64,000 nucleotides of DNA from an uncultured Spirochaetota bacterium (GCA_963783575.1 CAWAOD010000009.1:224001-288000), one strand, 5' to 3'. Numbered from the stretch's first letter, positions 19,222 to 30,772 are shown. Translations and numbers: made by a program. The notes: generated from the letters alone by a model not told the origin.

Positions 19222-21034
19222 TCAGTCGGCATTTCTGGCGAGGCGGAAGCCTGTGCGGTTGTCCGCGGTTAAGCCATGATCGCGGGCTGACGGGCGCTGT
19301 CTTGAAATTCCGCTCCACCAATCCCCGCCTTTTTTAATCCTGTCGCCTGTAAGAGGATACTTTAGATTAACAGTGTCACCGCACCATTGAGAAACATTGC
19401 CCTGTAAATCGTATATACCGTAAACGTTCGGAGGGTACGAAGCCACTGGCGTTGTCTGCCCGAGGAACCAGCCATGTTTATCGTGGTCCCCGTCTATAAG
19501 AGGACGCAATCCGTTGAAGTTGGCATTGCTTGTATTGATTGTTTTGCCCTGCGGAAACATTGAAGTACTCCCGGCCCTGCAGGCGAATTCCCATTCCGCT
19601 TCACCCGGAAGGCGGTAACCGTTAGCTGACGCATCAACAATCGTTTCGGTCCAGCGCATCATACCAACCATCGGCATATCTTTTGCTTTATTGGTTATTG
19701 TGTAAACCGGCTTTAGCCCGTCACGCTGGCTTGCCCAGTTGCAGTAAGCCACAGCATCGTACCAGCTGACGCATACCACAGGATCGTCCTCGGTTTGATG
19801 CAGATAAGGCTTATACCATGCAGAGTCAGGGAAAACATATGCCGACCCTCCGTCCGCGTAAATCTTCGTTTTTTTAGACGGTTCATACCCGGTTTCCTCA
19901 ATAAAATGCCGGAATTGCGCAACTGTAACATCTATTGCCGAGAGGTAAAACGGGGCTACTGTCACCAGTCTCGCCGGCTTTTCGTCATCCCGGACCCAGG
20001 ACCAGTCATCGGAGGCGCCCATGGTGAAAGATCCCCCGGGAATCTTTACCATATTGTCCTTTACAGGCTTAACGACAATGGCTGAAGAAGTCCCGGAATT
20101 TGTATCCGGTTTGCGGAGATCAATCGATGTCAAATCAAAGGATGTATTTATTTCGACAATAAAATTTACGCATAGATCCTCATATTTAGTACCATGGTAT
20201 ATATCTTCGATAGTGATAAGAACGCAGGGAACCGAAAATGGAAATATAACGAACTGGGGACGGGCTGTATCGAGAAGTGTATAGCGCTGATCAAGCCGTC
20301 CGCCGGATCCGGTGACATGTATGACCTTGGGGCGGCTGTTTTTTCATACAGATCGGGATGGGTATCCGAAACGAAACCGCTCGAAATAACAAATCCCTGC
20401 ATTTCCGTCATATCCATCCTCAGGATTCCTTTCCCGGTGATAACCCGTTCCAAATCATAATAGCCTGCTTCTTCACTGCTCCTGCCTATTTTTATGAAGC
20501 TTCCGACCGCATTGTCGCCTTTCACAGCCCAGGGATATTTGACGGCCATAAAATTGACCAGATTTTCAACGTCAAAGCTGGTCTTTCCCTCTTTCAGAAA
20601 AGAACTGACTGAAACACCGTCATTATTAGTGCTTAAGGGGTCAAAAAGTAACTCGATTCGAGATACCGCAGGTTATCGGCAAAAATTGAATAAACCTGCT
20701 TTCCTTTCTTAAAAGCATATATAAAAGCTACGCTCGGTTTATCATTTCCAAAATCCGGATTTGCCAGGACATACCAGTCAACGCCATTGTTCAGCTTCAA
20801 AACCTGGAAAGGATCCGTTGAGGTCACCTGAAAAGTTAGAGTTTCTGTACCTTCCTCGGATTCCGAGATAATCTTGTTGCCGTCAAAAGTGATTGTCTGA
20901 GGGTCAAAGTGGTCATGCAATTCAACCTTCTTCACCGACCCGAGCATAGCCTGGGCGGAAATTACCGCTGATATTCCCATAAAAAAAAGCAGCAAGCTAA
21001 AAAAAGAAATAGAAAGTGATTTTTTCTTTAACAT
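19222..21034 (-). pseudogene. Exported protein with C-terminal FGE-sulfatase (SUMF1) domain, split by two -1 frameshifts (ORFs 20633-21034, 20166-20549, 19222-20133)
   Basis: One base added at the run 20643-20647 and one at 20339-20344 give a single ~604-aa ORF: signal peptide, SSFLKEG..PW...LYEKNSRPK...GTKYEDLC domain, then IPGGSFTMG, VSWYDAVAYCNW, YRLPGEAEWEFACR, GNVSQW, GFRLAR. Confidence 0.8.
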
Positions 21035-21056
21035 TGAAAGCCTCCGGTTTTTTATA

Positions 21057-21809
21057 TTATTTCTCGATTCTCACATAAATTCCCGAAGCGTAAACCTGTG
21101 CGCCGAATCCGGCGTAAAAAGAATCGCCGGATTCAAAAATAAATATTTTTTTATCAAACAGGAGAGCAAACATGACATATTTTTCTTCAATTTGCTTTGT
21201 CTTTTCATTCTCAGCGCTTACTCCAAAACTCCATACGCCATTTTTGTCTTTTTCCAGATTCCCGTCCGCCGATCCGGTATGAGGGGCCTGAGATTTTGTA
21301 TCTATATCGATGAAAAACCCGACTTTTCCTTCTACAGTGATTTTCAAATTCCCCGTTATATATTCGTTATCGACTTTATAAATTCCAGGAATAACAGCAT
21401 TCTGATCCGGTATGTGAATCTCGACCGGATCCTTTGTGGTTTTCAGATCGAAATTCATTTCTTTTTTTTTCATTTTCCATTTTCCGGAAAATCCTATATC
21501 GGATTTTACTCCTTCAAATTCAGCGTTTTCCTTTCCATTGTCCAGATTCTCATAAAGATGGGTTATTTTATCATCTTTTCCGCCGGTAAGGTAAATCGGT
21601 ATTTTTTGCTTATTATAATAATAATAGCCGAAAAGCAATTCCCGGTCATTATTATTGTATGAAAACAAAACCATTGAAACCTGATATTTGCCGTTGATAG
21701 TACCGCTATAATTTATTGAAGCAGTTTCTCTTTCCTGTGAAAAGAGCGGTAATAAAAAAAAAGCTGTTAAAAGCAGGCAAAATAACCCTGATTTAAAATA
21801 ATTAACCAT
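21057..21809 (-). CDS. Exported hypothetical protein
   Basis: Signal peptide; YSGTING...GYYYY....I.L.G beta-rich pattern; GGAG RBS. Confidence 0.75.
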   Translation of the reverse strand: MVNYFKSGLFCLLLTAFFLLPLFSQERETASINYSGTINGKYQVSMVLFSYNNNDRELLFGYYYYNKQKIPIYLTGGKDDKITHLYENLDNGKENAEFEGVKSDIGFSGKWKMKKKEMNFDLKTTKDPVEIHIPDQNAVIPGIYKVDNEYITGNLKITVEGKVGFFIDIDTKSQAPHTGSADGNLEKDKNGVWSFGVSAENEKTKQIEEKYVMFALLFDKKIFIFESGDSFYAGFGAQVYASGIYVRIEK

Positions 21810-21839
21810 CTGCTTTTTCTCCGTATTTTATTTTGTTTC

Positions 21840-22346
21840 CTAATAATGTCCTTTTTCATCGTCAAATTCCGACACAGCCTTTAGGAACCGGACCAGCCAT
21901 ACAAATGTTCCTATTGAAGCCCCAACAATTCCGACAATGAGAAAGACCCTTACCAGGGTGTTGAGCCATGGCCCCACAATAATTGAGAAGTCAAGCGGAA
22001 ATACGACAAGGAAGATCGAAACCGAAATTAAAGCGGTCCCGGTGATGAGAAATTCAATCAAAGCCTTAAACCATCTCGGGGAATATGCGATCAGAACTAT
22101 GCTTCCGCAAACATTAATTATAATATTTAGGTCCATAGCCCATAGGGCATTGATCCAGGCATTTGTAACGACCCCATGAGTTTTCGGCAGCCATAATGGA
22201 AACAAATTGATTATAAAGAAAACCACAATGTTCGATACAATACTGCCTATATAACTCCGCCGCTTATTTTCCGCCTTGAATCTTAAAACGTCATCTGCTT
22301 TACCATTTACAGATGTTTCACTACCTATTTTTTCTTTTTCATCCAT
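21840..22346 (-). CDS. 4-TM hypothetical membrane protein
   Basis: Four hydrophobic segments; start moved to ATG 22346 after AGGAG. Confidence 0.75.
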   Translation of the reverse strand: MDEKEKIGSETSVNGKADDVLRFKAENKRRSYIGSIVSNIVVFFIINLFPLWLPKTHGVVTNAWINALWAMDLNIIINVCGSIVLIAYSPRWFKALIEFLITGTALISVSIFLVVFPLDFSIIVGPWLNTLVRVFLIVGIVGASIGTFVWLVRFLKAVSEFDDEKGHY

Positions 22347-22496
22347 AAACCAACTCCTGTATTCCATAAAATAATTCCAAGCCATTGTTTATTTTCAAAT
22401 TAATCGTCCGGTATTATCCGAACTCCTACTCAAATAATCAATCATTGGATTATCGATTGGAAAAATTATAAATTACCGGCCTGAAATCCACAAACT

Positions 22497-23838
22497 TTAA
22501 TCCGCATGGCCTCCGAAACGGCCGATTTCTTCTTCAAGCACACCCTCAAAATTTATAGCTTCTCCAACAGAAAGACCTTCCAGTGTTATACTTAGAATGG
22601 ATTTTTCTGCCGCTTTATTCAATTTCTCAATAGATTCTCCCTGATTAACGGAATCGTCCTCATTCAATATTGAATCCATCGAAGAAGAAGATAAGAGTTC
22701 AGAGGCCTTTGATGTCCAAAAAGTAAAAAGATGGCTTTTAGGATTATCAAAGACTTCCCTGTTGTACTGAACATACCGTACCGACCGTAAATCAATCTGT
22801 TGTTGCACTTTGAACTTTTTATTCGGGAAAGACTGGGTTGGAATGACATTCTGCGATCCTTTAAATAGTTTTTTAGGGGCCATTCCGGATTGTAAATTAT
22901 CGGGCTGTAACCGAAGACACTGACAGCTATGGATCATTGACCCATGCATTCCATAAAGCATTCAGGAGAATTAGGAGAAAAACAAGGGAAATCCCTCCAA
23001 CTATAAATAAATTTTGAGCGATGAAAAATCCTCCTGCACCACACAAGGCAACAATCAGCAGGCCGAGAGCACTCCCACTGAAATTTACCCGGTTGTTCCA
23101 GCAATACCAGACAGAACCACCGGAAGAAAAACGCCTTATCCTGCCGGATAAAGGATTAACTGCCGGTTTTTGAGCATTTTTATCATCTTTAAGAGGAACC
23201 GCCTGCTCAAGTTCTTTTACAGAAAGCAGAGCCGTTTCTTCCGTAGAGCCTTCAAACAGGTCCCAGAAGCCCCCGTCTTTTTTTCTTACAGATACGGCAA
23301 AATATTTATTATAGAAATTCTTTACGGTTCCCTCCACAGCCTCTGAATTAAAGCTTGTAGTTGTGTAGCTTATAGCGGAAAAACTTCGCACGAAAAATCC
23401 GCTCAACTGTGAATAATTATATCCCGGGAGATTGGTTAATTCCAGCGGATTTTTGGGGTTCCAGGGCCGCTCCGAAATCAAAAAGCGATGCTGCCAGTTA
23501 TCAAAAATATATGCGCCTGGGTGTTTGGGCCTTGACAATTTTCGTGAAATCCTTAATAACGAGATTATAGAAAACAGGATCAGACCAAGGCCTGATATCA
23601 AAAAAACCAGAAATAACATGCCTCTCGCATGGGTCAGATAAGTTTTTCTGAAAACTGGAAGAGAATAACCTCCCATAGCCCAGGGGCGGGAAAAAAATAT
23701 AACAAGAAACAATCCCGGAACAAGATAAATCAGCCGTGTTATAATCTTACCGGGAGTAGAGTCATCCTTATTTTTCAAATTAATAATAACCCTGCCGCCG
23801 TCTTTCAAAACCTTTGCTTCTTCATGATGTTTTGCCAT
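22497..23838 (-). pseudogene. Multi-TM DGxxWDLF-family protein, paralogue 1, frameshifted
   Basis: ORFs 22927-23838 and 22497-22961 each align to 25850-27277; deleting one base of the CCC at 22941-22943 restores a ~446-aa frame. Confidence 0.8.
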
Positions 23839-23875
23839 TGGATTCCCCCTTTTTTTGATTTAAGATATAATAATT

Positions 23876-25780
23876 CTATTTCGCTCCGACTTTTTTTAAA
23901 ATCTTGATAATTTCATCATTTTCGGCGAATTTCAAAACAGTATCACCGGATTTATTCACCCCCGCGTTGACATCGGCCTTTGCACCCAGCAATGTTTTAA
24001 CCATCTCAATATCATTTTTTTGAACCGCCATCAGTAAAGCAGTCCAGCCGTTTCCTCCATCCGGCGCATTAACATCGGCTCCCGCCGCTATCATTGCTTT
24101 AACCATCCCGGTATCGCCGTTTTGTGCCGCAATCACAATAGCCGGCCTGCCGTACCCCACGTTCGCGTTAACATCTGCCCCCGCCTTGATCAATGCTTTA
24201 ACTGTGTCTGTTTTCCCTCCAAAAGCCGCCGACATTAAAGCAGTCCAGCCGCTTTTCTGAGCCGCATTTACATTGGCTCCTGCTTTGATCAACACCATAA
24301 CCATCTCAGTGCTGCCGTTCCGGGCCTCCTCCATTAAAGGCGTATCACCTTCTTTATCCGCCTTATTGACATCTGCCCCCATTTCAATCATTATTTTTAC
24401 ATCTTCTGTATGCCCTCTGCCGGCCGAGTATAATAAAGCTGTACCGCCGCGTTCATCAAGGGACTGGTTTATATCGCCTTTGTAATTCTTAATATATGCG
24501 ATATCGCCCTGGACAGCCGCGTTAACCAGTCTCAATTTTGCCTGTCCGGCGGGGGAATTCTCGTCTGCTTTTTTCAAAAGATAGATTATGTTGCGGTCTT
24601 TAGCCATCGATAATGCCGTATAGCCCGCTATATCCTTCGCGCTGAAATCAGCCCCGGCTTCAAGCAAGACTTTGACCGCTTCTTCCTGGCCTTCATATGA
24701 AGCCTCCATTAAGGCCGTCCTGCGGTCCTGTTTATCCACCGCGTTGATATTTGCCTTCGCGTCTATTAATGCCTCAACTATTTCCGTATATCCTTTAGCG
24801 GCCGCCCACATCAAAGCAGTATTACCGCTTTTATCAGCCAGGTTGACATCCGCCTTCTTGGCTATCAGAGCTTTTACCGTATCAATATCTCCATTATAGG
24901 CCGCAGTAAGTAAAAGAGTCCCGCCGTATTTATCAGTATCCGCATTAATATTCACTTGCTGTCCGGTCAATGCTTTAACAACATCAGCATGCTTTCTGCT
25001 GACAGCGTACATCAAAGCTGTTTTACCGCTTTTATCCGCCAGGCTTGTGTCCGCCTTCGCCGTAATCAATGCATTAACCACTTCAATATTACCATTTTGG
25101 GCAGCAAGCACAAGGGCCGTTTTTCCGTCTCCTGTTTCCGCCTTGTTGACTTCGGCCCCCGCCTCGATCAGCGCCTGAACAGAGTCCGCATGACCTTCTC
25201 TTGCCGCGTATATCAGGGCTGTTTTACCGTCATTATCCGCCGCGTTTACATTGACCTTAGCCGCGATTAAAACTTTAACTATATCAGCGTATCCTTTACC
25301 GGCGGTGTTCATTAAAACTGTCCTGCTGCTTTTTTCCGCCGCGTTGACATCTGCCTTAGCCTCGATCAATGCTTTAACAACTTCAATAAAGCCGTTCTGT
25401 GATGCCGCCATCAAAGCCGTCCAACCGCTTTTCCCGGCCGCATTAACATCCGCCTTCGCCGCGATTAATGTTTTTACAACTTCGGTATAGCCGTTCTGGG
25501 CCGCCCACATCAAAGCCGTCATGCCGTATTTTGTGTCCGCAGCGTTGACATCTGCCTTCGCTGTGATCAATGCCGGAACAGCATTAGTCTGGCCATTATA
25601 AACAGCCAATATCAAAGCCGTTTCTCCGGAATTATCCAGAAGTTGGTTTATATCCCCTTTGTAATTTTTGATAAACGGAATATCACCGTTGGTTGCCGCG
25701 TCGAGTAAGGTCTCCTGCGCTAAAGTAAAGACCGGGGTTGTGAACATGATAAACAAAATTAATACGAAACATTTCTTCAT
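23876..25780 (-). CDS. Exported ankyrin-repeat protein A
   Basis: Signal peptide MKKCFVLILF..LA; many G.TALM.AA..G..E.VK.LI.A.ADVN repeats; start moved to ATG 25780. Confidence 0.92.
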   Translation of the reverse strand: MKKCFVLILFIMFTTPVFTLAQETLLDAATNGDIPFIKNYKGDINQLLDNSGETALILAVYNGQTNAVPALITAKADVNAADTKYGMTALMWAAQNGYTEVVKTLIAAKADVNAAGKSGWTALMAASQNGFIEVVKALIEAKADVNAAEKSSRTVLMNTAGKGYADIVKVLIAAKVNVNAADNDGKTALIYAAREGHADSVQALIEAGAEVNKAETGDGKTALVLAAQNGNIEVVNALITAKADTSLADKSGKTALMYAVSRKHADVVKALTGQQVNINADTDKYGGTLLLTAAYNGDIDTVKALIAKKADVNLADKSGNTALMWAAAKGYTEIVEALIDAKANINAVDKQDRRTALMEASYEGQEEAVKVLLEAGADFSAKDIAGYTALSMAKDRNIIYLLKKADENSPAGQAKLRLVNAAVQGDIAYIKNYKGDINQSLDERGGTALLYSAGRGHTEDVKIMIEMGADVNKADKEGDTPLMEEARNGSTEMVMVLIKAGANVNAAQKSGWTALMSAAFGGKTDTVKALIKAGADVNANVGYGRPAIVIAAQNGDTGMVKAMIAAGADVNAPDGGNGWTALLMAVQKNDIEMVKTLLGAKADVNAGVNKSGDTVLKFAENDEIIKILKKVGAK

Positions 25781-25849
25781 AAAATACCCTCTCTCTTTGT
25801 ACAATTATTATTCATTAATTTTATATAAATACCAAAATAAGGTTTAACC

Positions 25850-27277
25850 TTAATCCGCATGACCTCCAAAACGGTTGATTTCTTCTTCGAGAACGCGCTC
25901 AAAATTAATGGCATCTGCAATCGACAGGCCTTCAAGTGTGATATTAATATTAGACTGTTCTATGGACTTCCCCATTTGACTTGTTGTTTTTAAATCTTTC
26001 CAGAGATCCTTGAATCCCGGCATATTTTCCTCAGTGGAATCCAGCGCGATATTAATGTCCTGTCCGTTCTCGGTAATTTTTACGGTTTTACTGACACTGC
26101 CTGATGCTGCTCCCATTGAAGAAGCCATGGCGTCAACAGCCTCGCCGGCTTTCCCGGTCCAGAATGTAAAATAATGAGTCTGTGGATCAATATATGTCGT
26201 CCTGTTGTACTGCACATGCCGGACCGACTTTAAATCAACCTGCTTTTTGATTTTGAACTTTTTATCCTGAGAGGATTGGTTTGAGGCAACGTTTACCGCT
26301 TCGCTTAAAACGGATTTCGGAACGGTTCCGGACTGCAGGGAACCGGCGCTCATCCGTATACATTGATAGTTCAGTGCCTTGCCCATAATTCTCCATAATA
26401 TAGAAATCAGAAAAACCAGGGCGATAAACAAAAACAAGCCGGGTCCAATGATAAAGGGAAATGTTTTTGGATAATTGAAAAATAACACCAGTCCAATTAT
26501 AGCCGTAAACGGCATGGTTTGAACGCTTCCGCTGGCATGAACAAGGCTATTCCAGCAATACCAGACAGACCCGCCTGAAGAAATGCGCCGAATCCTTTCA
26601 GTCAATGGACTGGCCGCCGGGATCGATATATTTTCAGCTCCTCCAAGAGAAACTACTTTTTCCAGTTCCTTGACGGAGAGCTTTGCTGTTTCTTCAAAGT
26701 CTTCATCAAATAGATCCCAGAAGCCACCGTCGGTTTTTTTCAGGGATACCGCATAATTTTGAGTGTAATTACTACCTATGGTCGAATCTCTATCATAAAA
26801 GGGATTTGTTGTTACATAACTCCGGACGAAGAACCGGCTCAACTGCGAATAACTATACCCGGGGAGACGTGACAGATCATTCGGCGGATTTTTACGGTTC
26901 CACGGCTGCATCGATAATAAAAAGCGCTGCTGGCTGTTGTCAAAAATATAGGCGCGGATAGGTTTGGGTTTGTTAATTTTCCTTAAAATATTGATTAAAC
27001 AGATGATTGAAAATAAAGTGAGACCAGCGCCTATAAGAAAAGGAATCAGTATTGGGAGACTTCTCTCCCCGGACAGGTAAATTTCTTTGAAAGCTGAAAG
27101 TGAAAACTTTCCGGTCGCCCATGGCTGGCCGAAGTTCTTTAGAAAAACCAGCCCCAGCCCCAGAATAATAAGCAGGATTATTACCGTTGCAAAAGTGAAA
27201 TTACCGGCAAGCCTTATAATAACCCTGCCGCCCTCATTCAATATTTTACCCTGCTTTACAATTTCCTCTCTTGCCAT
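25850..27277 (-). CDS. Multi-TM DGxxWDLF-family protein, paralogue 2 (intact)
   Basis: 475 aa, two TM hairpins each followed by a soluble domain; AGGAGG RBS. Confidence 0.82.
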   Translation of the reverse strand: MAREEIVKQGKILNEGGRVIIRLAGNFTFATVIILLIILGLGLVFLKNFGQPWATGKFSLSAFKEIYLSGERSLPILIPFLIGAGLTLFSIICLINILRKINKPKPIRAYIFDNSQQRFLLSMQPWNRKNPPNDLSRLPGYSYSQLSRFFVRSYVTTNPFYDRDSTIGSNYTQNYAVSLKKTDGGFWDLFDEDFEETAKLSVKELEKVVSLGGAENISIPAASPLTERIRRISSGGSVWYCWNSLVHASGSVQTMPFTAIIGLVLFFNYPKTFPFIIGPGLFLFIALVFLISILWRIMGKALNYQCIRMSAGSLQSGTVPKSVLSEAVNVASNQSSQDKKFKIKKQVDLKSVRHVQYNRTTYIDPQTHYFTFWTGKAGEAVDAMASSMGAASGSVSKTVKITENGQDINIALDSTEENMPGFKDLWKDLKTTSQMGKSIEQSNINITLEGLSIADAINFERVLEEEINRFGGHAD

Positions 27278-27287
27278 TTTAATCCTC

Positions 27288-27740
27288 CTACGAATTACTG
27301 CCCAATCCGATGAATATTAATAACCCGAAACCAATAGAAACGATCCCTAAAAAAACAAGTATGAGTGGAAAGGGAAACAACGTATTCCAGAAATAATTCA
27401 TGATCACCGTATTCCCCGGTTCCTTTGGATCATAATTTACTTTAACCTTCTGCCCGATTTTCGCGGCCGAAGCAGATCCGTAAGGACCGGTTGTTTTCCT
27501 GGAATTGCCTTCAGCGTCATTAAACTCAATAATAGGATAAACCGATATTTGTCCTCCCCGGCTGGGCCCAATATTGCCTACGTCTCTATCTCTATTAGTC
27601 CGCTTTTCAAATCCGGTGACGACACCCTGTACCTGCGAGCCTTTCAATGCCACGCTTATAACTCGGCCTGTAATTATAATACCGATAACCAAAACCAGTA
27701 AACCGGGGATCCAGAATGCAAAAGAAGCGAACCACCTCAT
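27288..27740 (-). CDS. DUF3592-like membrane protein
   Basis: TM, G.VTG, YPIIEF....G, G.KV.V.YDP.EP, TM; start ATG 27740 after GGAGGA. Confidence 0.8.
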   Translation of the reverse strand: MRWFASFAFWIPGLLVLVIGIIITGRVISVALKGSQVQGVVTGFEKRTNRDRDVGNIGPSRGGQISVYPIIEFNDAEGNSRKTTGPYGSASAAKIGQKVKVNYDPKEPGNTVIMNYFWNTLFPFPLILVFLGIVSIGFGLLIFIGLGSNS

Positions 27741-27965
27741 ATACTCCTCCATGTAAAATAGATTAATCAAGAAAAATTATTATTCTCCGCCAGTTCATCA
27801 TTCAGAACCAATATTGACCGGCTACTGAAATTGAATGGCCTGTTCTTTCACATCCCGGCCGTTTCCATTCCAGCTGTAAATGATGCAGTAATCCGGTTCG
27901 GGACAGCCGCGGCTGTTCATCATGTCATTATCGACCATGTTATAGCTATTATTTGCAAAAGATTA

Positions 27966-29576
27966 CTATTTTGCGCCGGCTTTTTTCAACAGATCAATGG
28001 TAATTGGATCTTTAGCGGATGATAAAGCCGTTTCGCCATCTTTATTTTTTGAGTTAACATTTACCCCTGCCGCGATCAATGCTTTTATAATTTCCGCATC
28101 CCCCGCTGAAGCTGCATATATCAAAGCAGTCTCGCCATTTTTACCCGCTCCCTTATTTAAATCTGCCTTTGCCCTGATTAAAGCTTTAACTTCCTCCGCA
28201 GAGCCGTTATGGGCCGCAGCCATTAAAGCCGTCAAGCCGTTTCCGGAATCCTCCGTGTTGACATCGGCACCGGCTTCGATCAATGCTTTTAAAATTTCAG
28301 TATTGCCGTTCTGGGCCGCTAAAACCAAAGCCGGCCTTCCGGAATCCGCTGTATTGACATCGGCCTTATCTGCAATCAATGCTTTTACCATTTCTGTATT
28401 GGTATTTTCTATTGCCATTATCAGAGCCGTTAAACCGTTTTTATTTACCGCATTGATGTCCCCTTTATAATTCTTTATAAATGATAAATCCCCCTTCCCG
28501 ACTGCGTCAAACAAAGACCCTTTAACCGGATTGGACGGGGAATTCTTTGCAGCGTTTTTCAATAAATTAGTGATTTCAGCATTTTGAGCCCATTTCAAAA
28601 CCATTACTCCGTTTTCATCAGCCGTGTTGACATTGGCTCCGGCTTCGATCAGCGCCTTAACGGTTTCAGTCTGTCCTTTCTGGACGGCAAACATCAAAGC
28701 CGTCCAGCCGTCTTTTTTAGCGGAGTTGACATTAGCCCCCGCGTCAATCAAGGCATTCAAATCCTCTATTTTGCCGTCCTCCGCCGCCCTCATTAAAGCC
28801 GTATCGCCGTTTTTATCGGCCGCGTCGATATTTGCGCCTGCTTCTTTCAATATATCTATAATTTCGGAAGAATGATCCTGAACTGCTATCAATAAAGCCG
28901 AATCACCCGTTTTACTTAACTGGTTGATATCAGCCTTTGCTCTTATCAGAGCATCAACTGTTTTTAAGTTATTATCCATAACAGCATACATAAGGGCCGT
29001 ATACCCCCCTTCATCAGCGGTATTTATGTCGGCCCCTGAATTGATTAAATCCTGAACCACCTTAGTCTGCCCTTTCTTAACCGCAGCAATAAGAATCGAA
29101 CTTTTTTTATTATTTTTCAGAGCGTTTACATTTGCCTTTACCGAAACCAAAATCTGCGCTATTTCTGAGTATCCGCGGTCTGTCGCTACATGCAGCGCCG
29201 TCTGCCCGTATTTATCCGCCGCATTGATATCGGCTCCGGCTTCGATCAAAAACTTAACCGATTCCATTTGACCACGGAAGACCGCTTCCATCAAAGCCGT
29301 CCTTCGGCTTTTATTCACGGCATTGACACTGGCCCCAGCGGCAATCAATGCTTTAACTACATCAGGGTGCACTCCGGAAATCGCGCAAATCAAAGCCGTA
29401 TCACCGTCTTTATCAAGCGGCTGGTTAATATTACCTTTGTAATTTTTAATAAACTCAATAGAGTCGGCATCGCCGGTTAAGGCAGCATGAAACAGGGCCA
29501 TATCCGGGGCTGCGCATGAAATTACCGGTAAAAATGCGGGAATTAAGAATAAGATAAAGAATAAACTATTTTTCAT
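27966..29576 (-). CDS. Exported (possible lipoprotein) ankyrin-repeat protein B
   Basis: Hydrophobic leader ending VISC; canonical ankyrin repeats; GGGAGG RBS. Confidence 0.92.
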   Translation of the reverse strand: MKNSLFFILFLIPAFLPVISCAAPDMALFHAALTGDADSIEFIKNYKGNINQPLDKDGDTALICAISGVHPDVVKALIAAGASVNAVNKSRRTALMEAVFRGQMESVKFLIEAGADINAADKYGQTALHVATDRGYSEIAQILVSVKANVNALKNNKKSSILIAAVKKGQTKVVQDLINSGADINTADEGGYTALMYAVMDNNLKTVDALIRAKADINQLSKTGDSALLIAVQDHSSEIIDILKEAGANIDAADKNGDTALMRAAEDGKIEDLNALIDAGANVNSAKKDGWTALMFAVQKGQTETVKALIEAGANVNTADENGVMVLKWAQNAEITNLLKNAAKNSPSNPVKGSLFDAVGKGDLSFIKNYKGDINAVNKNGLTALIMAIENTNTEMVKALIADKADVNTADSGRPALVLAAQNGNTEILKALIEAGADVNTEDSGNGLTALMAAAHNGSAEEVKALIRAKADLNKGAGKNGETALIYAASAGDAEIIKALIAAGVNVNSKNKDGETALSSAKDPITIDLLKKAGAK

Positions 29577-29810
29577 AGAAAATCCTCCCTTGAAAATTCG
29601 ATTTCAATTAACAGGAAGACACGAAGGAAGGAAGAAACGACAATAATCCGATTTAAAAAAATATAAACATTTATATTTCTACTTCCCGAATTTCTTCTTC
29701 CTGTTTATTTATTACTATCTAATAAAATCAATTTTCATTGTTTTAGGTGTACCTTCAGAGTCATGACGACTCCTATTAAAATAAAATTGTCATCATTTTT
29801 TGAACCGGCT

Positions 29811-30730
29811 CTATTTCGCCCCAGCTGACTTCAAAAGATTATAAAAATATGCCTTATTATTACCCTCTTCAAATAAATCATAATCCATTGACAAAGCAGT
29901 TCTGCCGTTATTATCCTTCCCGTTAATATCGGCCCCGGCCGTTATTAATCCTTTAACCGCGTTCGTTTGAAAGTAACACAAAGCTTTCATCAATGCTGTG
30001 ATGCCATATTTATCCGCCGCATTAACCCTGGCCCCTGCCGTGATCAGTTCTTTGACTGCGGCTTCCAGTTCTTTCTGCGGAATTTGTTTTTCATTTTGCA
30101 CAGCTTTCATTAAGGCTGTTTCGCCCTCATTATTTGTCGCGTTGATATCGGCCTTTACCTTGATCAATTCTGTTACCGCGTTTCTTTGACCAAAATCGAC
30201 CGCTATCATCAAAGCAGTATTTCCTTTCTTATTGGCCTCATTGACTTTTGCCCCTGCCGCAATCAATGCTTTAATCAAATATATCTGTACTTCCTGTGAT
30301 TTATTCAAATTATTCTGGGCCGCAAGCATCAAAACTGTCCAACCGTTGTTATTTGCCGCATTTACTTCTGCTTTTGTCTCAATCAGCGCATTTACCGTAT
30401 CAGTTTGACTTAAATTTACAGCTTTCATCAAAGCAGTATAGCCATCCTTATCCGCAATGCTGACTTCAGTCCCTGCCGCAATTAACGCTTTAACCGCTTT
30501 GGTTTTTTCATACTCCACGAGATCATCAATGCTGTTTCTTTATCATATTCATATAATTGGTTAAGATTTCCTTTGTAGTGTTTAATAAACCAGACGTCGC
30601 CTTTTCTGGCCGCGTCATATAAATCAGCGGTACAAGAAGAAAATAGGGTTAAGGCTGAGATAGAGATCAAAATCACAATAATAAAATATTTATTAATAAA
30701 AAACACTCCATTAATATTACAGGTATTCAA
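29811..30730 (-). pseudogene. Lipoprotein ankyrin-repeat protein C, frameshifted
   Basis: 82-aa ORF (LFSSC lipobox, FIKHYKGNLN cap) joins the 235-aa ankyrin ORF if one base is added near 30519 (ETALMIS-VEYEKTKAVKALI); exact start uncertain. Confidence 0.78.
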
Positions 30731-30772
30731 TTTGATCCTGATTGATTCTACAAAATGATCCTTGTTCCGTAT

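Noticed and set aside
19222..19400. Diversity-generating retroelement target (FGE/C-type-lectin C-terminus GG.W...R.SAR...GFRLA)
   Set aside because: No second near-identical copy (template repeat) and no reverse transcriptase seen in the window; cannot exclude action in trans
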